From a virus (Duplodnaviria; Heunggongvirae; Uroviricota; Caudoviricetes): a stretch of DNA of 23,702 nt. Under the pieces are notes generated by a model. The model ran no database searches, had not been told where the DNA came from, and saw only the letters and a program-made list of their open reading frames with translations. The DNA is taken from IMG/VR virus record IMGVR_UViG_2645727555_000014; one strand, given 5' to 3'. Below are positions 15,088 to 23,619 of the stretch, piece by piece (the first letter of the stretch is position 1; every line of letters begins with the position of its first letter). The position numbers and the translations under genes were made by a program.

Positions 15088-15666
15088 CTAATTTATCAAT
15101 TCAATCGCCATCTGATACAACGCCATTTCATCGGCATTGTGCCGTATGAAATCAGCTTTTCCGCCTATTTTTCCATCAGCATGAACAGGGACCAGCCAGG
15201 GATATTGTTCTCGGACCTCGGCTGGCGCTGCGTACTGGTGGTGCCATTTACACAAAGGGAGGACATATTTATGCGCGTTCTCTGCCGTTCTCCCGAAGAT
15301 ATGGTGCAGGGATACTACTGGGCTATGTTGCCCGTGAATATGGCAGGCAATGCAGGGGAGAGTACCGATAGCGGTCTGTATCCGGCGTTCATCGGCTGTG
15401 AGTGATCTGCCCTTCAGGCCGCGTGACGTGTGTGTTTTTTTGGGCGGAGCGGATACAGCTTTATCTTTTCTCCGCTGTTCATATTGCTTTGCTTTTTCAA
15501 TTTTCTTTTGCCGATATTCAGGCGATGCGGCTTTTTCTCTCGCTCGCTGCTGCTGGCGTTGAGCTTGTTGAAGGCGCTTTGCCCTTTGTTCCTCTCGCCA
15601 GGCCGGGTCAGCCAATTTTTGCATGGCTTTTTGTCTCTGTTTCTCCCAATAACTCTGTTTCTGCAT
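15088..15666 (-). CDS. Ref-like (recombination enhancement function) HNH-type nuclease
   Basis: 192 aa. Highly basic N-terminal ~80 aa (KQRQKAMQKLADPAWREEQRAKRLQQAQRQQQRAREK...), then SRGLKGRS, CIACHIHG and LCKWHH His/Cys motifs, resembling phage P1 Ref as I recall it. Confidence 0.6.
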   Translation of the reverse strand: MQKQSYWEKQRQKAMQKLADPAWREEQRAKRLQQAQRQQQRAREKAASPEYRQKKIEKAKQYEQRRKDKAVSAPPKKTHTSRGLKGRSLTADERRIQTAIGTLPCIACHIHGQHSPVVSLHHIFGRTAENAHKYVLPLCKWHHQYAAPAEVREQYPWLVPVHADGKIGGKADFIRHNADEMALYQMAIELIN

Positions 15667-15730
15667 GATGGCAGTCTCTTACTTTTCAACGATTTTTCTA
15701 TGATTGATCAAAATGGTTAGGTATTCAAAA

Positions 15731-15759
15731 TTGATTTTCTAACACAAAACATTAATATC
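15731..15759 (+). promoter_or_regulatory. promoter-like region for the rightward operon, containing the TTTTCTAACACAAA box
   Basis: TTGATT (15731-15736), box TTTTCTAACACAAAAC (15735-15750), TAATAT (15753-15758). Precedes the first ORF of the plus-strand operon by about 30 nt. Confidence 0.4.
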
Positions 15760-15786
15760 ATTCCTGATAACTGTTTGGAGGACATG

Positions 15787-15939
15787 ATGCTTATAGCTTT
15801 AAGTGCGATCCACCAGCCATCTGTGAATGAAATTGGCCTGTTCTATGTGTTGTTTTTCGGGGCGTTGGCGCTACTTGAGCTTGGTATTGAGCTTTTCGCA
15901 GTGCTTATGTTTTGCGTCACGATTTTGGGGAAATTTTGA
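15787..15939 (+). CDS. possible small hydrophobic membrane peptide (50 aa), translationally coupled to the DUF4406-like gene
   Basis: Below the ORF-track size cutoff; found by eye. GGAGGA 4 nt upstream of ATG 15787. Product MLIALSAIHQPSVNEIGLFYVLFFGALALLELGIELFAVLMFCVTILGKF. Stop TGA overlaps ATG 15939 (TGATG). Confidence 0.35.
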   Translation: MLIALSAIHQPSVNEIGLFYVLFFGALALLELGIELFAVLMFCVTILGKF

Positions 15940-16550
15940 TGGTGAAACGTGTTTTGAAAATTTACATCGCGGGGCCGATGACTGGTTATCCAGATTACAA
16001 CCGTGCTGCGTTTAATGCGAAAGCGAGCGAGCTGATGGCTGAAGGGCATATCGTTCTGAATCCAGCTGTGTTACCTGGTGGCCTTTGTCAGAGTGAATAC
16101 ATGGATATTTGCCTGGCAATGGTGCGTTCTGCTGATGCGATCTACTTGCTCAATCGATGGGAGGAATCGATTGGTGCTCGTGCAGAGCACGCGCTGGCTG
16201 AAAAGCTGGGGCTGACTGTAATTTATGAGTCACCAACCAACATTGAATGCCAGGTTGCTCCGCATATTTACCGGGAACTGGTCAATGCACTGCGTGATAT
16301 CGCTGCTGTATATCACGGTACAGAACAGCTTCGTGAGCGTTTAGCCCATACCATTTCCTATTACCTGTCTTTATCTCATGAGCACAAGCTCCGCCAGAAG
16401 GTAATGATCAAATTTATCATGAGGTTATCGAAATCCCTGGCAAACGCCGATCCAAAGAATCCATTACCGAAAGAGGCAATGAATTACCTGAAGTCCTGCA
16501 ACGTTGTTTCTGAAGATGGCGTTCTTTTGGTTAGAAGGAGTTCTGCGTGA
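15939..16550 (+). CDS. DUF4406-like (nucleoside 2-deoxyribosyltransferase-like fold) protein with additional C-terminal region
   Basis: N-terminal ~100 aa (KIYIAGPMTGYPDYNRAAFNAKASEL...NPAVLP...ADAIYLLNRWEESIGARAEHALAEKLGLTV) fits DUF4406 as I recall it; about 100 further residues follow. Start set at ATG 15939 rather than 15912 because of the overlap with the small ORF stop. Confidence 0.65.
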   Translation: MVKRVLKIYIAGPMTGYPDYNRAAFNAKASELMAEGHIVLNPAVLPGGLCQSEYMDICLAMVRSADAIYLLNRWEESIGARAEHALAEKLGLTVIYESPTNIECQVAPHIYRELVNALRDIAAVYHGTEQLRERLAHTISYYLSLSHEHKLRQKVMIKFIMRLSKSLANADPKNPLPKEAMNYLKSCNVVSEDGVLLVRRSSA

Positions 16551-16864
16551 GCTGGCGGGGATGGGGAAGGGCAGAAATCATGATACTCCGCCAGTGCGCC
16601 GGGACTATGACAGTCGAGAGTATTGGGAGGCTGATCGGGCGTACCGGTAGTGCTGTCAGAACCAAAGCGCGGCAACTGCGGATCTGCATGATTCTGAAAG
16701 GAGACTTTCACCCGTCAGCCAAATACCGGCAGGGCGATATAGAACTGGCACGGCAGCTTCATCGGTGTGGTGTTCCCCGCCGTGAGATCGCGGAAAAACT
16801 CGAAATGCCCCTAGGCATGATTAATCAGTACGTTTATTTCGAAAGGAGAGTGTATGAAGTCTGA
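16547..16864 (+). CDS. hypothetical protein with HTH-like segments
   Basis: GTG start overlapping the upstream stop (GTGA). Segments TVESIGRLIGRTGSAVRTKARQL and GVPRREIAEKLEMP look helix-turn-helix-like. Confidence 0.5.
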   Translation: MSWRGWGRAEIMILRQCAGTMTVESIGRLIGRTGSAVRTKARQLRICMILKGDFHPSAKYRQGDIELARQLHRCGVPRREIAEKLEMPLGMINQYVYFERRVYEV

Positions 16865-17342
16865 AGGTTTAACGCCCGCACAACTGGCAGAGCGTAACGC
16901 TGAGTATGTAACGGAAATTTCCCGACTTGAGAAAGCGTGTGCTGCGCTGGCGGCGGAGAATGCTGGGCTGAAACATGCAATGGCTGTAACTCTTGAGCAT
17001 GTGTCGGTCACGGATGCAGGTCAGGCCGGAGTTGCTGCAATGATTATCAACGATGCCCTGCACCACAGCGAAACTCCAGCCACCGATGCTTTTCTGGCTG
17101 AAATTCGTGCGGCGGCTCGCAACGAGGGGATTAACTATACCGCAAGCCGTCTTGCTGCTGCTTTCAACCACGGATTTATCAATAAGTCTTTACGTGAAGT
17201 TTTCGACGTTACACGCATGATTTTGTCAGCGAAAGAAGAGTTGGCTAATGAAGCGCATCCGATTGATGGCCTGTCTGGTGAATATGCGGAGAAATCCCTT
17301 GAAGAATGGGCGGAACAGATTCGCAAAGGAAGCAGCCAGTGA
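16854..17342 (+). CDS. hypothetical phage protein (162 aa)
   Basis: Strong AAAGGAGAG SD before ATG 16854. No family recognised. Confidence 0.55.
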   Translation: MKSEGLTPAQLAERNAEYVTEISRLEKACAALAAENAGLKHAMAVTLEHVSVTDAGQAGVAAMIINDALHHSETPATDAFLAEIRAAARNEGINYTASRLAAAFNHGFINKSLREVFDVTRMILSAKEELANEAHPIDGLSGEYAEKSLEEWAEQIRKGSSQ

Positions 17343-17614
17343 ATATCGACACGACAATAACGATCGATACGCTCCTAAATACCGGTCTGGCACTTCTCGG
17401 TTGGCTTTACATCATGTCCCGTACCTGGCGATGGCTGGGTTCCATTTTCCTAAAAGAGTGGAAAAAACGGCGCAAACAGGAACTACGCCAGAAGGCATTA
17501 GAAGCGTTCTATGACGCATTTGAGCTTAGCCGCATTGAACCAGGCACAACAGCCAGAATAGCGACAAAAGGCGACCTGATGATAGTGATGTTCAGACAGG
17601 AGAAAACCAAATGA
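17339..17614 (+). CDS. small hypothetical protein with one predicted TM helix
   Basis: Start inferred at GTG 17339 overlapping the upstream stop (GTGA); the ORF-track start at 17306 would overlap the previous gene. Hydrophobic segment LLNTGLALLGWLYIM. Confidence 0.45.
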   Translation: MNIDTTITIDTLLNTGLALLGWLYIMSRTWRWLGSIFLKEWKKRRKQELRQKALEAFYDAFELSRIEPGTTARIATKGDLMIVMFRQEKTK

Positions 17615-17835
17615 CAGAACAGACGATGACAAATCGCGAACTTGTTGATGCCGCGATTGAACTTGCTGGCGATTTTTATTCCATGATGGGTTACGAGCAT
17701 CGACCTGGTTTTAAGTATTGGGAGTTACCGCATCCGCAAGAACAACAGGTGTTTGAAATGGCCTGCCGTGCTTTTGAGGTTATTCGCGGTTCTGATGTGA
17801 TGGAGGCCGTTGCCGACTTGGAGGATGAAGAGTGA
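17611..17835 (+). CDS. hypothetical phage protein (74 aa)
   Basis: AGGAG upstream of ATG 17611; stop overlaps the next start. Confidence 0.5.
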   Translation: MTEQTMTNRELVDAAIELAGDFYSMMGYEHRPGFKYWELPHPQEQQVFEMACRAFEVIRGSDVMEAVADLEDEE

Positions 17836-18143
17836 GCATCATTAAAGAAATGCCGGTAGAACGTGATGAATATGGCTGCTGGACACATCCGGAGTATGAG
17901 AAGTTTTGCGCAGGTCGTGAATATATTTCCACTGAGGAATTTGACGCCTGGATGAAGGAAAATAATCTTCAGTGGACTATTCGCAGTATGGATGAAGATG
18001 ATTTTGATCTGGACGCAGCTGGACCCGATATTGCCGCCTGGGAACCGGAGCGACCAGAGGGTGAAGGCTGGTTTGTTGGCTCTATCCATGACACTGAAGA
18101 TGGTCCAGTTTGTATCTGGCTGCGGGAGAAGGTTGCCGCATGA
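17832..18143 (+). CDS. hypothetical phage protein (103 aa)
   Basis: GTG start with GGAGGA 7 nt upstream; stop overlaps the phosphatase start (ATGA). Confidence 0.55.
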   Translation: MSIIKEMPVERDEYGCWTHPEYEKFCAGREYISTEEFDAWMKENNLQWTIRSMDEDDFDLDAAGPDIAAWEPERPEGEGWFVGSIHDTEDGPVCIWLREKVAA

Positions 18144-18832
18144 TCCAGGCTATGCATGAAGTGAATTTATATAGCCGTATTGATGGTTCTGGCTACAGAA
18201 ACATATGGGTTGTTGGTGATCTGCATGGTTGCTACACCAGACTGATGTCCGAACTCCATCGTGTGGATTTTGACCCGGCGCAGGATTTACTGATATCGGT
18301 TGGCGACCTTATCGATCGCGGCACCGAAAATGTTGAATGCCTGGAGCTATTGCAGATGCCCTGGTTTCGGTCGGTTATGGGAAACCACGAGCGATTAATG
18401 ATCGATGCGTTAAGTCCTGATGGCAACGTGAATAACTGGCTAATGAATGGCGGGCAATGGTTCTTCATGCTGGACGCTGATCAGGAAATATTAGCCAGGG
18501 CGCTGGTGGAGCTGGTAATACGTCTGCCCTATATCATTGAGTTGAACACCGGGCATGAAACTATCGTTATAGCCCATGCCGACTATCCAGGTGGAGAGTA
18601 CCAGTTCGGTAAGGATGTGTCGCTTTTTGATGTTGTCTGGTCGCGCAGTCGCGTCGGTGATTCGATAGATGGCATTGGTGGAGAAATCACAGGCGCAGAT
18701 CGCTTTATCTTTGGGCACACACCGGTACGAAGACCAAAAGCATACTGGAATCAGCACTACATAGACACTGGCGCGGTTTTTTGCGGAAATCTGACGCTAA
18801 TGCATGTGAAGGGAGGGCAGCTTAAAGTCTGA
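18140..18832 (+). CDS. serine/threonine protein phosphatase, lambda PPase family (metallophosphoesterase)
   Basis: [18 protein letters not shown]...[22 protein letters not shown]...GNHE...NGGQWFF...IIEL...VIAHADYP...FIFGHTP...[14 protein letters not shown] is near-colinear with phage lambda phosphatase as I recall it. Start set at ATG 18140 (matches the lambda N-terminus) rather than 18110. Confidence 0.9.
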   Translation: MIQAMHEVNLYSRIDGSGYRNIWVVGDLHGCYTRLMSELHRVDFDPAQDLLISVGDLIDRGTENVECLELLQMPWFRSVMGNHERLMIDALSPDGNVNNWLMNGGQWFFMLDADQEILARALVELVIRLPYIIELNTGHETIVIAHADYPGGEYQFGKDVSLFDVVWSRSRVGDSIDGIGGEITGADRFIFGHTPVRRPKAYWNQHYIDTGAVFCGNLTLMHVKGGQLKV

Positions 18833-18929
18833 TCAAATCATTTACGCACTCAAAATACGTTAGGACATTGATTTTAGTTTTCTAACATATTATTTTACCA
18901 CTCGGAACAAAACAGAGTCGGTATGCATT

Positions 18930-19925
18930 ATGAGTGCAATAATCACCCCATATGTCGTAAATGAAACTGGTGTGGCTGTCTTTCCTGTAGATAAGCCCAC
19001 CAGCAATTACATCGGCGCAGGACGCCGTTTTCTTATATCCCCATTGCCGCGCGAACAGGTTGAAAACACCCCTGATGGCGTCGTGGACCTGAATTATTCC
19101 CTGGTTGCCAACCAGTCACTGACACCCTTTTTTCAAAGTGAGCGCGTATTTAATGCGTTAGGTGGTGAGGATTCTATCGTTCACTGGGTTAGCACCAACA
19201 TTCACGATTGCCAGGCGCATGATAAGCGTGATTGTAGCCACCAGCTAACCACTCACTTCTATAATGGTTCTGCCGTTCGCCTGTGCTGGAAGCATGATGC
19301 GGAATACATGATGAAGGGGTACGGCAAGCTTGACGACCAGCTATCCCTGAATCGCGCCAACTGGATTATGAACTGGGCCGCCAGCGAGTTAAAACTTCCG
19401 CCAGACCGCGATCTTAGCATGGTTGAACTCACCTTTTGGGCCATTCGCCGGAATCTTAAAGACGAGCTACCTGATGAAGCTGGTCGCATTGCATTTTGTC
19501 AGCCAAAGCCTGAGATCCCTACAGGCACTCTGAAAGAGTCGGATATCACCTGGGAGCACAGCACCCGCGAGCTGGTGGATATTACCGCAGAGCAGATCGT
19601 CAACCTGTCTGTAGATGAAGATTCCGGCCTGCTTTATATGCGCCGACCAAAAACGGTCCTCGGTAAAAGCCCGGCTTATCTCCGGTTTGTGGTTTCTCGT
19701 CCGTGCATCGGATGCGGTGGAAAAGTTAATCACCCGTTCATGTACCGCGCCCGCTCGTTAAACGAACACGATCGCTGGGCTGTTCCTCTTTGCGATGAAT
19801 GCGCCAGAAGCGCAGAAAACGATGTCCGGGCATGGGAAAAAACGCATGGCATACGCCTTTACGTAGCCGCTAACCAGCTTTTCGATTTCGCCATCGAGCG
19901 CGGAGTGATCACGTTCAATAACTGA
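18930..19925 (+). CDS. hypothetical phage protein, possibly DUF968 family, with C-terminal Cys/His cluster
   Basis: 331 aa. C-terminal RPCIGCGGKVNHPFMYRARSLNEHDRWAVPLCDEC gives a C-x2-C...H...H...C-x2-C pattern. Family assignment is from memory of lambdoid early-region proteins and is uncertain. Confidence 0.5.
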   Translation: MSAIITPYVVNETGVAVFPVDKPTSNYIGAGRRFLISPLPREQVENTPDGVVDLNYSLVANQSLTPFFQSERVFNALGGEDSIVHWVSTNIHDCQAHDKRDCSHQLTTHFYNGSAVRLCWKHDAEYMMKGYGKLDDQLSLNRANWIMNWAASELKLPPDRDLSMVELTFWAIRRNLKDELPDEAGRIAFCQPKPEIPTGTLKESDITWEHSTRELVDITAEQIVNLSVDEDSGLLYMRRPKTVLGKSPAYLRFVVSRPCIGCGGKVNHPFMYRARSLNEHDRWAVPLCDECARSAENDVRAWEKTHGIRLYVAANQLFDFAIERGVITFNN

Positions 19926-19938
19926 TGGGAACAATGCA

Positions 19939-20238
19939 ATGAGTCAAGGTAATGGTGACGGAGCTGCAAAGTGCAGAATCTCCACTTGTTTGATTAATGA
20001 CAAAAAAATAGAACCGTGCGCGGCGTTGGCACAATCCCTGGAGCAGGATGCTGAATACACGACGCGGAAAGGTCTGCTGAAATACAAAATCTATAACCAT
20101 GAATTAATTCATTCACAAGACCTGATCATGCTGCGGTCAGGCGAGCTTTCTAAATCGCCGATTCGAATTTCATTTTGCCCGTTCTGTGGTGAAAGTCTGA
20201 AAACGTGGGAAGCGGAGGCAACCAGTGATCAAAATTAA
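19939..20238 (+). CDS. small hypothetical protein with Cys pairs (possible zinc ribbon)
   Basis: 99 aa. CRISTC near the N-terminus and CPFCGESLKTW near the C-terminus. Weak SD. Confidence 0.45.
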   Translation: MSQGNGDGAAKCRISTCLINDKKIEPCAALAQSLEQDAEYTTRKGLLKYKIYNHELIHSQDLIMLRSGELSKSPIRISFCPFCGESLKTWEAEATSDQN

Positions 20239-21034
20239 CTATCAAGAACTGCGCGAGGCGGCGGAACAGGCAACGCAAGATGAATGGGTAGCATATATTT
20301 TGCCGGGTCATAACGGCATTTATCCTGCGCGCACGTCTGAGGGTAGGCATTGCGGATACTTTATTGACTGGCATGGCATTGATGGACAAAGGAATGCTGG
20401 TGCTAATGCCCGTTATATCGCGTCTATCCCACCAAAAGTTGCGCTGGCACTCCTGGCCGAAATTAAGTGCCTGGAAGACACAAATATTGATGCCATGTGC
20501 CGAATTGCAGAACTGGAAAAACAATGCGCTGAATGGGAGCGAAAAGCATTAAGCAACTTTGAAGAGTGTGCTGCTATGGCTGAACGTATCGAAGAGTTGC
20601 AGACAAACTCTGCACCAGGTTCGTTTGGCATCATCGGTGAAAATATTCGAACACAGGATAATCGAATAACGTCAGACCCTATGTTTTGTGTGTATCAAAA
20701 GCGCGAAATCGTTGTTGATGCTGATTATGACTATGACCGGATTGTCTGGGTTGATGAAGATGGCAATGAAGCCAATAAACGCCAAAGTCGTCGTCTCGAA
20801 CTACTTCACGAAAACTTTCGAGAGCCACCAGAAAAATGGCGGCGCGTTGCTGTGAAAGATATTGATGAATTCGTGACCTGCTGTTTCACCGAGCAGGGTT
20901 GTAAAGACTACTTGGCAGCCAATGGTCACAATCTTCGCTTGCCTTTTATATATGTAAAAAGCGGTTTCAGGAACGCTGAATATATCGGCATAAGAAACTG
21001 GCTTGCTGGCATTCGCATCAAAGGAGGTGAGTAA
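20225..21034 (+). CDS. Ea22-like (ead/Ea22 family) lambdoid early protein
   Basis: GTG start with GGAGG upstream. N-terminus IKINYQELREAAEQATQDEWV and the central coiled-coil region resemble ead/Ea22-like prophage proteins as I recall them. Confidence 0.6.
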   Translation: MIKINYQELREAAEQATQDEWVAYILPGHNGIYPARTSEGRHCGYFIDWHGIDGQRNAGANARYIASIPPKVALALLAEIKCLEDTNIDAMCRIAELEKQCAEWERKALSNFEECAAMAERIEELQTNSAPGSFGIIGENIRTQDNRITSDPMFCVYQKREIVVDADYDYDRIVWVDEDGNEANKRQSRRLELLHENFREPPEKWRRVAVKDIDEFVTCCFTEQGCKDYLAANGHNLRLPFIYVKSGFRNAEYIGIRNWLAGIRIKGGE

Positions 21035-21210
21035 TGCGTGTGGCATGTATCGGCTTGTTACCGTACCCGACTCGTTTTTGGGCTTCTGCGCTAATTGCAA
21101 AGCCACATGTCCTGATGGCTGACAACATCATCCCGGCACCAAAGCGCCGCCATACCGGTATTGCAGCGGCACGACGAGCAGCAAAGAAACGCAGGAGAGC
21201 AAAACGATGA
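21034..21210 (+). CDS. possible small basic protein (58 aa)
   Basis: Below the ORF-track size cutoff; found by eye. Strong AAGGAGG SD directly upstream; ATG overlaps the upstream stop (TAATG). Arg/Lys-rich C-terminus. Stop overlaps the next start (ATGA). Confidence 0.3.
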   Translation: MRVACIGLLPYPTRFWASALIAKPHVLMADNIIPAPKRRHTGIAAARRAAKKRRRAKR

Positions 21211-21395
21211 AAAACCGTAAAGCAAAGATTCTGTTAGTTCGTAGAAACGCCCCTAGCGTCTGGCAGTGGGTGAGACTCAGCAACCGACGGATGGGGTTGA
21301 TGAAATATTACGGGATGATGGATTGTGGTTTTTGCAAAAAGCCCAGCGCGGCGCAAAACCGCTGGAAAAACCATTTGCGCACTAAAGGAGAGTGA
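21207..21395 (+). CDS. small hypothetical protein (62 aa)
   Basis: ATG overlapping the upstream stop; basic. No family recognised. Confidence 0.4.
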   Translation: MKNRKAKILLVRRNAPSVWQWVRLSNRRMGLMKYYGMMDCGFCKKPSAAQNRWKNHLRTKGE

Positions 21396-21396
21396 T

Positions 21397-21660
21397 ATGG
21401 CAACTTTAACAAAAAAAGAACGGGCATGGTTGAACGAATTACAGGACGTTCTTGATCGCTGCCCATCACCGAAAAAAATTGGTTTTTACACCATTGGCGA
21501 TAAAAGCATTTACCTGTATGACCTGCGCCGCATGGATGAAATCATGGAGGCTCTTGATAATCGTTCGTCAATGGATTGGTGTGTTGCTGTCCATGATATG
21601 AATGCCGGATTTGAAGAAAAGATTTTGTTCCCCTCGTCAGTTGAAAGCACTGCGGGTTAA
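21397..21660 (+). CDS. hypothetical phage protein (87 aa)
   Basis: Start set at ATG 21397 with AGGAG 7 nt upstream; the ORF-track start at 21325 overlaps the previous gene. Confidence 0.55.
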   Translation: MATLTKKERAWLNELQDVLDRCPSPKKIGFYTIGDKSIYLYDLRRMDEIMEALDNRSSMDWCVAVHDMNAGFEEKILFPSSVESTAG

Positions 21661-21670
21661 GGAGTAACAC

Positions 21671-22225
21671 ATGACCACTATTACCAAAGAACGCCTGCTG
21701 ACAATCCAGCAGTGGCGCGAAACATACGGACCTGGTAGCAACGTTGTACTGCCAGCAGAAGAAGCGGAAGAACTGGCACGAATTGCACTGGCAGCGCTTG
21801 AGGCAAAGCCGGTGGCGTGGAAGGTAACCTTCACGCAAATTGACCGTGAATATAACACGTTCACTGGTATGTATTCTGACAAAGCAGAAGTCGAACGGTG
21901 GGTGCGGCTGCATAAAGCATGTAATTTTCGGGCAGATATAACACCGCTTTATACCGCCCAGCCAGTGCCGGTAACTCCGGATGCCTGGATAAGCTGTAGT
22001 GAGCGAATGCCAGAAATGGGAGAGCGACAATGCTATGTGTTAGCAGCTGACTTTAAAAACAACTACCCACCAAACATCCCCAACACTCAGGTCGGCGTAT
22101 ATGGCGACTGGTTTAATGATGGCAATCCCACTTGGGATGACGGTGATGGCGAAGACCTGTATCTCAAAGAGGTAACCCACTGGATGCCGCTACCAGAACC
22201 GCCGCAGGAGGTTAACCGTGGCTAA
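21671..22225 (+). CDS. DUF551-domain phage protein
   Basis: AAGGAG SD. C-terminal region with WISCSERMP...HWMPLPEPP is characteristic of DUF551 proteins of lambdoid prophages as I recall them. Confidence 0.65.
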   Translation: MTTITKERLLTIQQWRETYGPGSNVVLPAEEAEELARIALAALEAKPVAWKVTFTQIDREYNTFTGMYSDKAEVERWVRLHKACNFRADITPLYTAQPVPVTPDAWISCSERMPEMGERQCYVLAADFKNNYPPNIPNTQVGVYGDWFNDGNPTWDDGDGEDLYLKEVTHWMPLPEPPQEVNRG

Positions 22226-22499
22226 CCTGCAACTTGCCGTCAAAGGTGAATACTTCGATGCCATGATTCGCGGGGAGAAAACAGAAGAATATCGCCTGTG
22301 TAATGACTACTGGAATAAGCGAATTATGTTCCGGGAGTATGACCGCCTGATTATCACAAAGGGATATCCGAAGCGCGACGACTTCAGTCGCAGAATTGAC
22401 GTCCCGTATAACGGATATGAAATAAAAACAATCACACATCCACACTTCGGTGATAAACCGGTAAAGGTGTTCGCGATAAAAGTGAAGATTAATAGCTAA
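22218..22499 (+). CDS. ASCH-domain-like protein
   Basis: GTG start with GCAGGAGG upstream, overlapping the upstream stop. Contains GEKTEEYR, which fits the ASCH GxKxxExR motif. Confidence 0.55.
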   Translation: MANLQLAVKGEYFDAMIRGEKTEEYRLCNDYWNKRIMFREYDRLIITKGYPKRDDFSRRIDVPYNGYEIKTITHPHFGDKPVKVFAIKVKINS

Positions 22500-22522
22500 A
22501 TTTCAATTAACACGGAGTAATT

Positions 22523-22816
22523 ATGTGGCGCGGTAATAATCATGGCGGAAGTCAGATGATACTTACCGAATATACGTTCGACCACAAAACCAATAAATCA
22601 CGTTCAGTATATTTGCTTCGGCACAATAGCCGCGTAAGAAATACCGTTCTGGAGCAAAATCTGACCGTTGAAATGGATAATTTGGGAAACTTCAAGCCAA
22701 CAATATCGCTTGATGATTTTCCGTGTGGTTTAAGCGAAAGAGAAGCAATGCTGAAATTAGCAGAATGGCTACAAAGATTAATCATTGCTATTGAAGATAA
22801 CTGGTCTGAACCTTAA
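22523..22816 (+). CDS. hypothetical phage protein (97 aa)
   Basis: GGAG SD upstream of ATG 22523. No family recognised. Confidence 0.5.
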   Translation: MWRGNNHGGSQMILTEYTFDHKTNKSRSVYLLRHNSRVRNTVLEQNLTVEMDNLGNFKPTISLDDFPCGLSEREAMLKLAEWLQRLIIAIEDNWSEP

Positions 22817-22822
22817 ATTAAT

Positions 22823-23197
22823 ATGATGACACTAAAACATTTTCTTGACCGCCCATTATGGGCGGCAGCCGCAGGCTATGACTTTAATTATATGGATTGC
22901 ATGTCTTATACTGCCAATGCATACGACCATTCGTTCAGCCTGCTGTTTAATTCTTTAAGAATATTGCCGGAAACAGAAGTTGGAGAGCTTCATTTATGGA
23001 TATTGGGCTTTATCGCGGCTGGAGTTGGTATTGCCGTATGGCCTTTTATTTTCTGGCTGGTGGCTGTTGTAGTGTGGTTTAAGTGCAAGACGTACCGGAA
23101 AAAGTATTTCTTAGGTGATGGAATGACTGATATTGCCAAAATGAACATTGAAAAATGGACTAAGGAATGTGAAAAGAAATGGCGCAAAAAGAAATGA
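22823..23197 (+). CDS. hypothetical membrane protein with Lys-rich C-terminus
   Basis: Hydrophobic segment LWILGFIAAGVGIAVWPFIFWLVAVVVWF followed by KKWRKKK. No clear SD, start uncertain. Confidence 0.45.
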   Translation: MMTLKHFLDRPLWAAAAGYDFNYMDCMSYTANAYDHSFSLLFNSLRILPETEVGELHLWILGFIAAGVGIAVWPFIFWLVAVVVWFKCKTYRKKYFLGDGMTDIAKMNIEKWTKECEKKWRKKK

Positions 23198-23619
23198 CTA
23201 CTCTAACGACAGCATACTTACAGCAATTGGTATTTTTTGCAGGCGAGGCTACTTGTCATCCTGACGCAAACTATTTATTGGAATTTGAGAGGTTAGCGTC
23301 ACCCGGTATCGTTCTGGAACTGGCCCAACAGGTGCTGGCCTTGAGACAAAAAGAGCAACATGAAAGTAATACGTGTAGATTGAATTTTGAGCAGTGGCTG
23401 GAACAGCAACGCGGAAAAATCGATGTGGACTGTGGTTGTGTGTCCACTGAAACATTCATGCACTGGCTGCGGGTAGCTTACGAGGCTGGCAACTATCCGG
23501 ATATTCCTGATAGTTCGGTGCCAGGGCCAGGAAAGGGCATCACCGGTGAACGTATCCGCATTAAACCGCATGTTTATCGCGAACTGGTTAACCGTCTCCA
23601 CGATACAGCGATCGAGTAG
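23179..23619 (+). CDS. hypothetical phage protein (146 aa)
   Basis: ORF overlapping the previous gene by 19 nt; start uncertain (alternative ATG 23194). C-terminus KPHVYRELVNRLHDTAIE repeats a motif seen in the DUF4406-like protein. Confidence 0.5.
   Translation: MAQKEMTTLTTAYLQQLVFFAGEATCHPDANYLLEFERLASPGIVLELAQQVLALRQKEQHESNTCRLNFEQWLEQQRGKIDVDCGCVSTETFMHWLRVAYEAGNYPDIPDSSVPGPGKGITGERIRIKPHVYRELVNRLHDTAIE

Noticed and set aside
15139-15720. Several plus-strand ORFs (15139-15405, 15350-15562, 15402-15668, 15430-15720) and minus-strand ORF 15414-15689
   Set aside because: All overlap the Ref-like gene 15088-15666 in alternative frames; the Ref-like frame has recognisable motifs while these give Phe/Leu/Ser-rich or Lys/Arg-rich artefact-like products.
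21542-22030. Minus-strand ORF of 162 aa
   Set aside because: Antisense to the co-directional, overlapping plus-strand operon (21397-21660 and the DUF551 gene); Cys/His-rich artefact-like translation.
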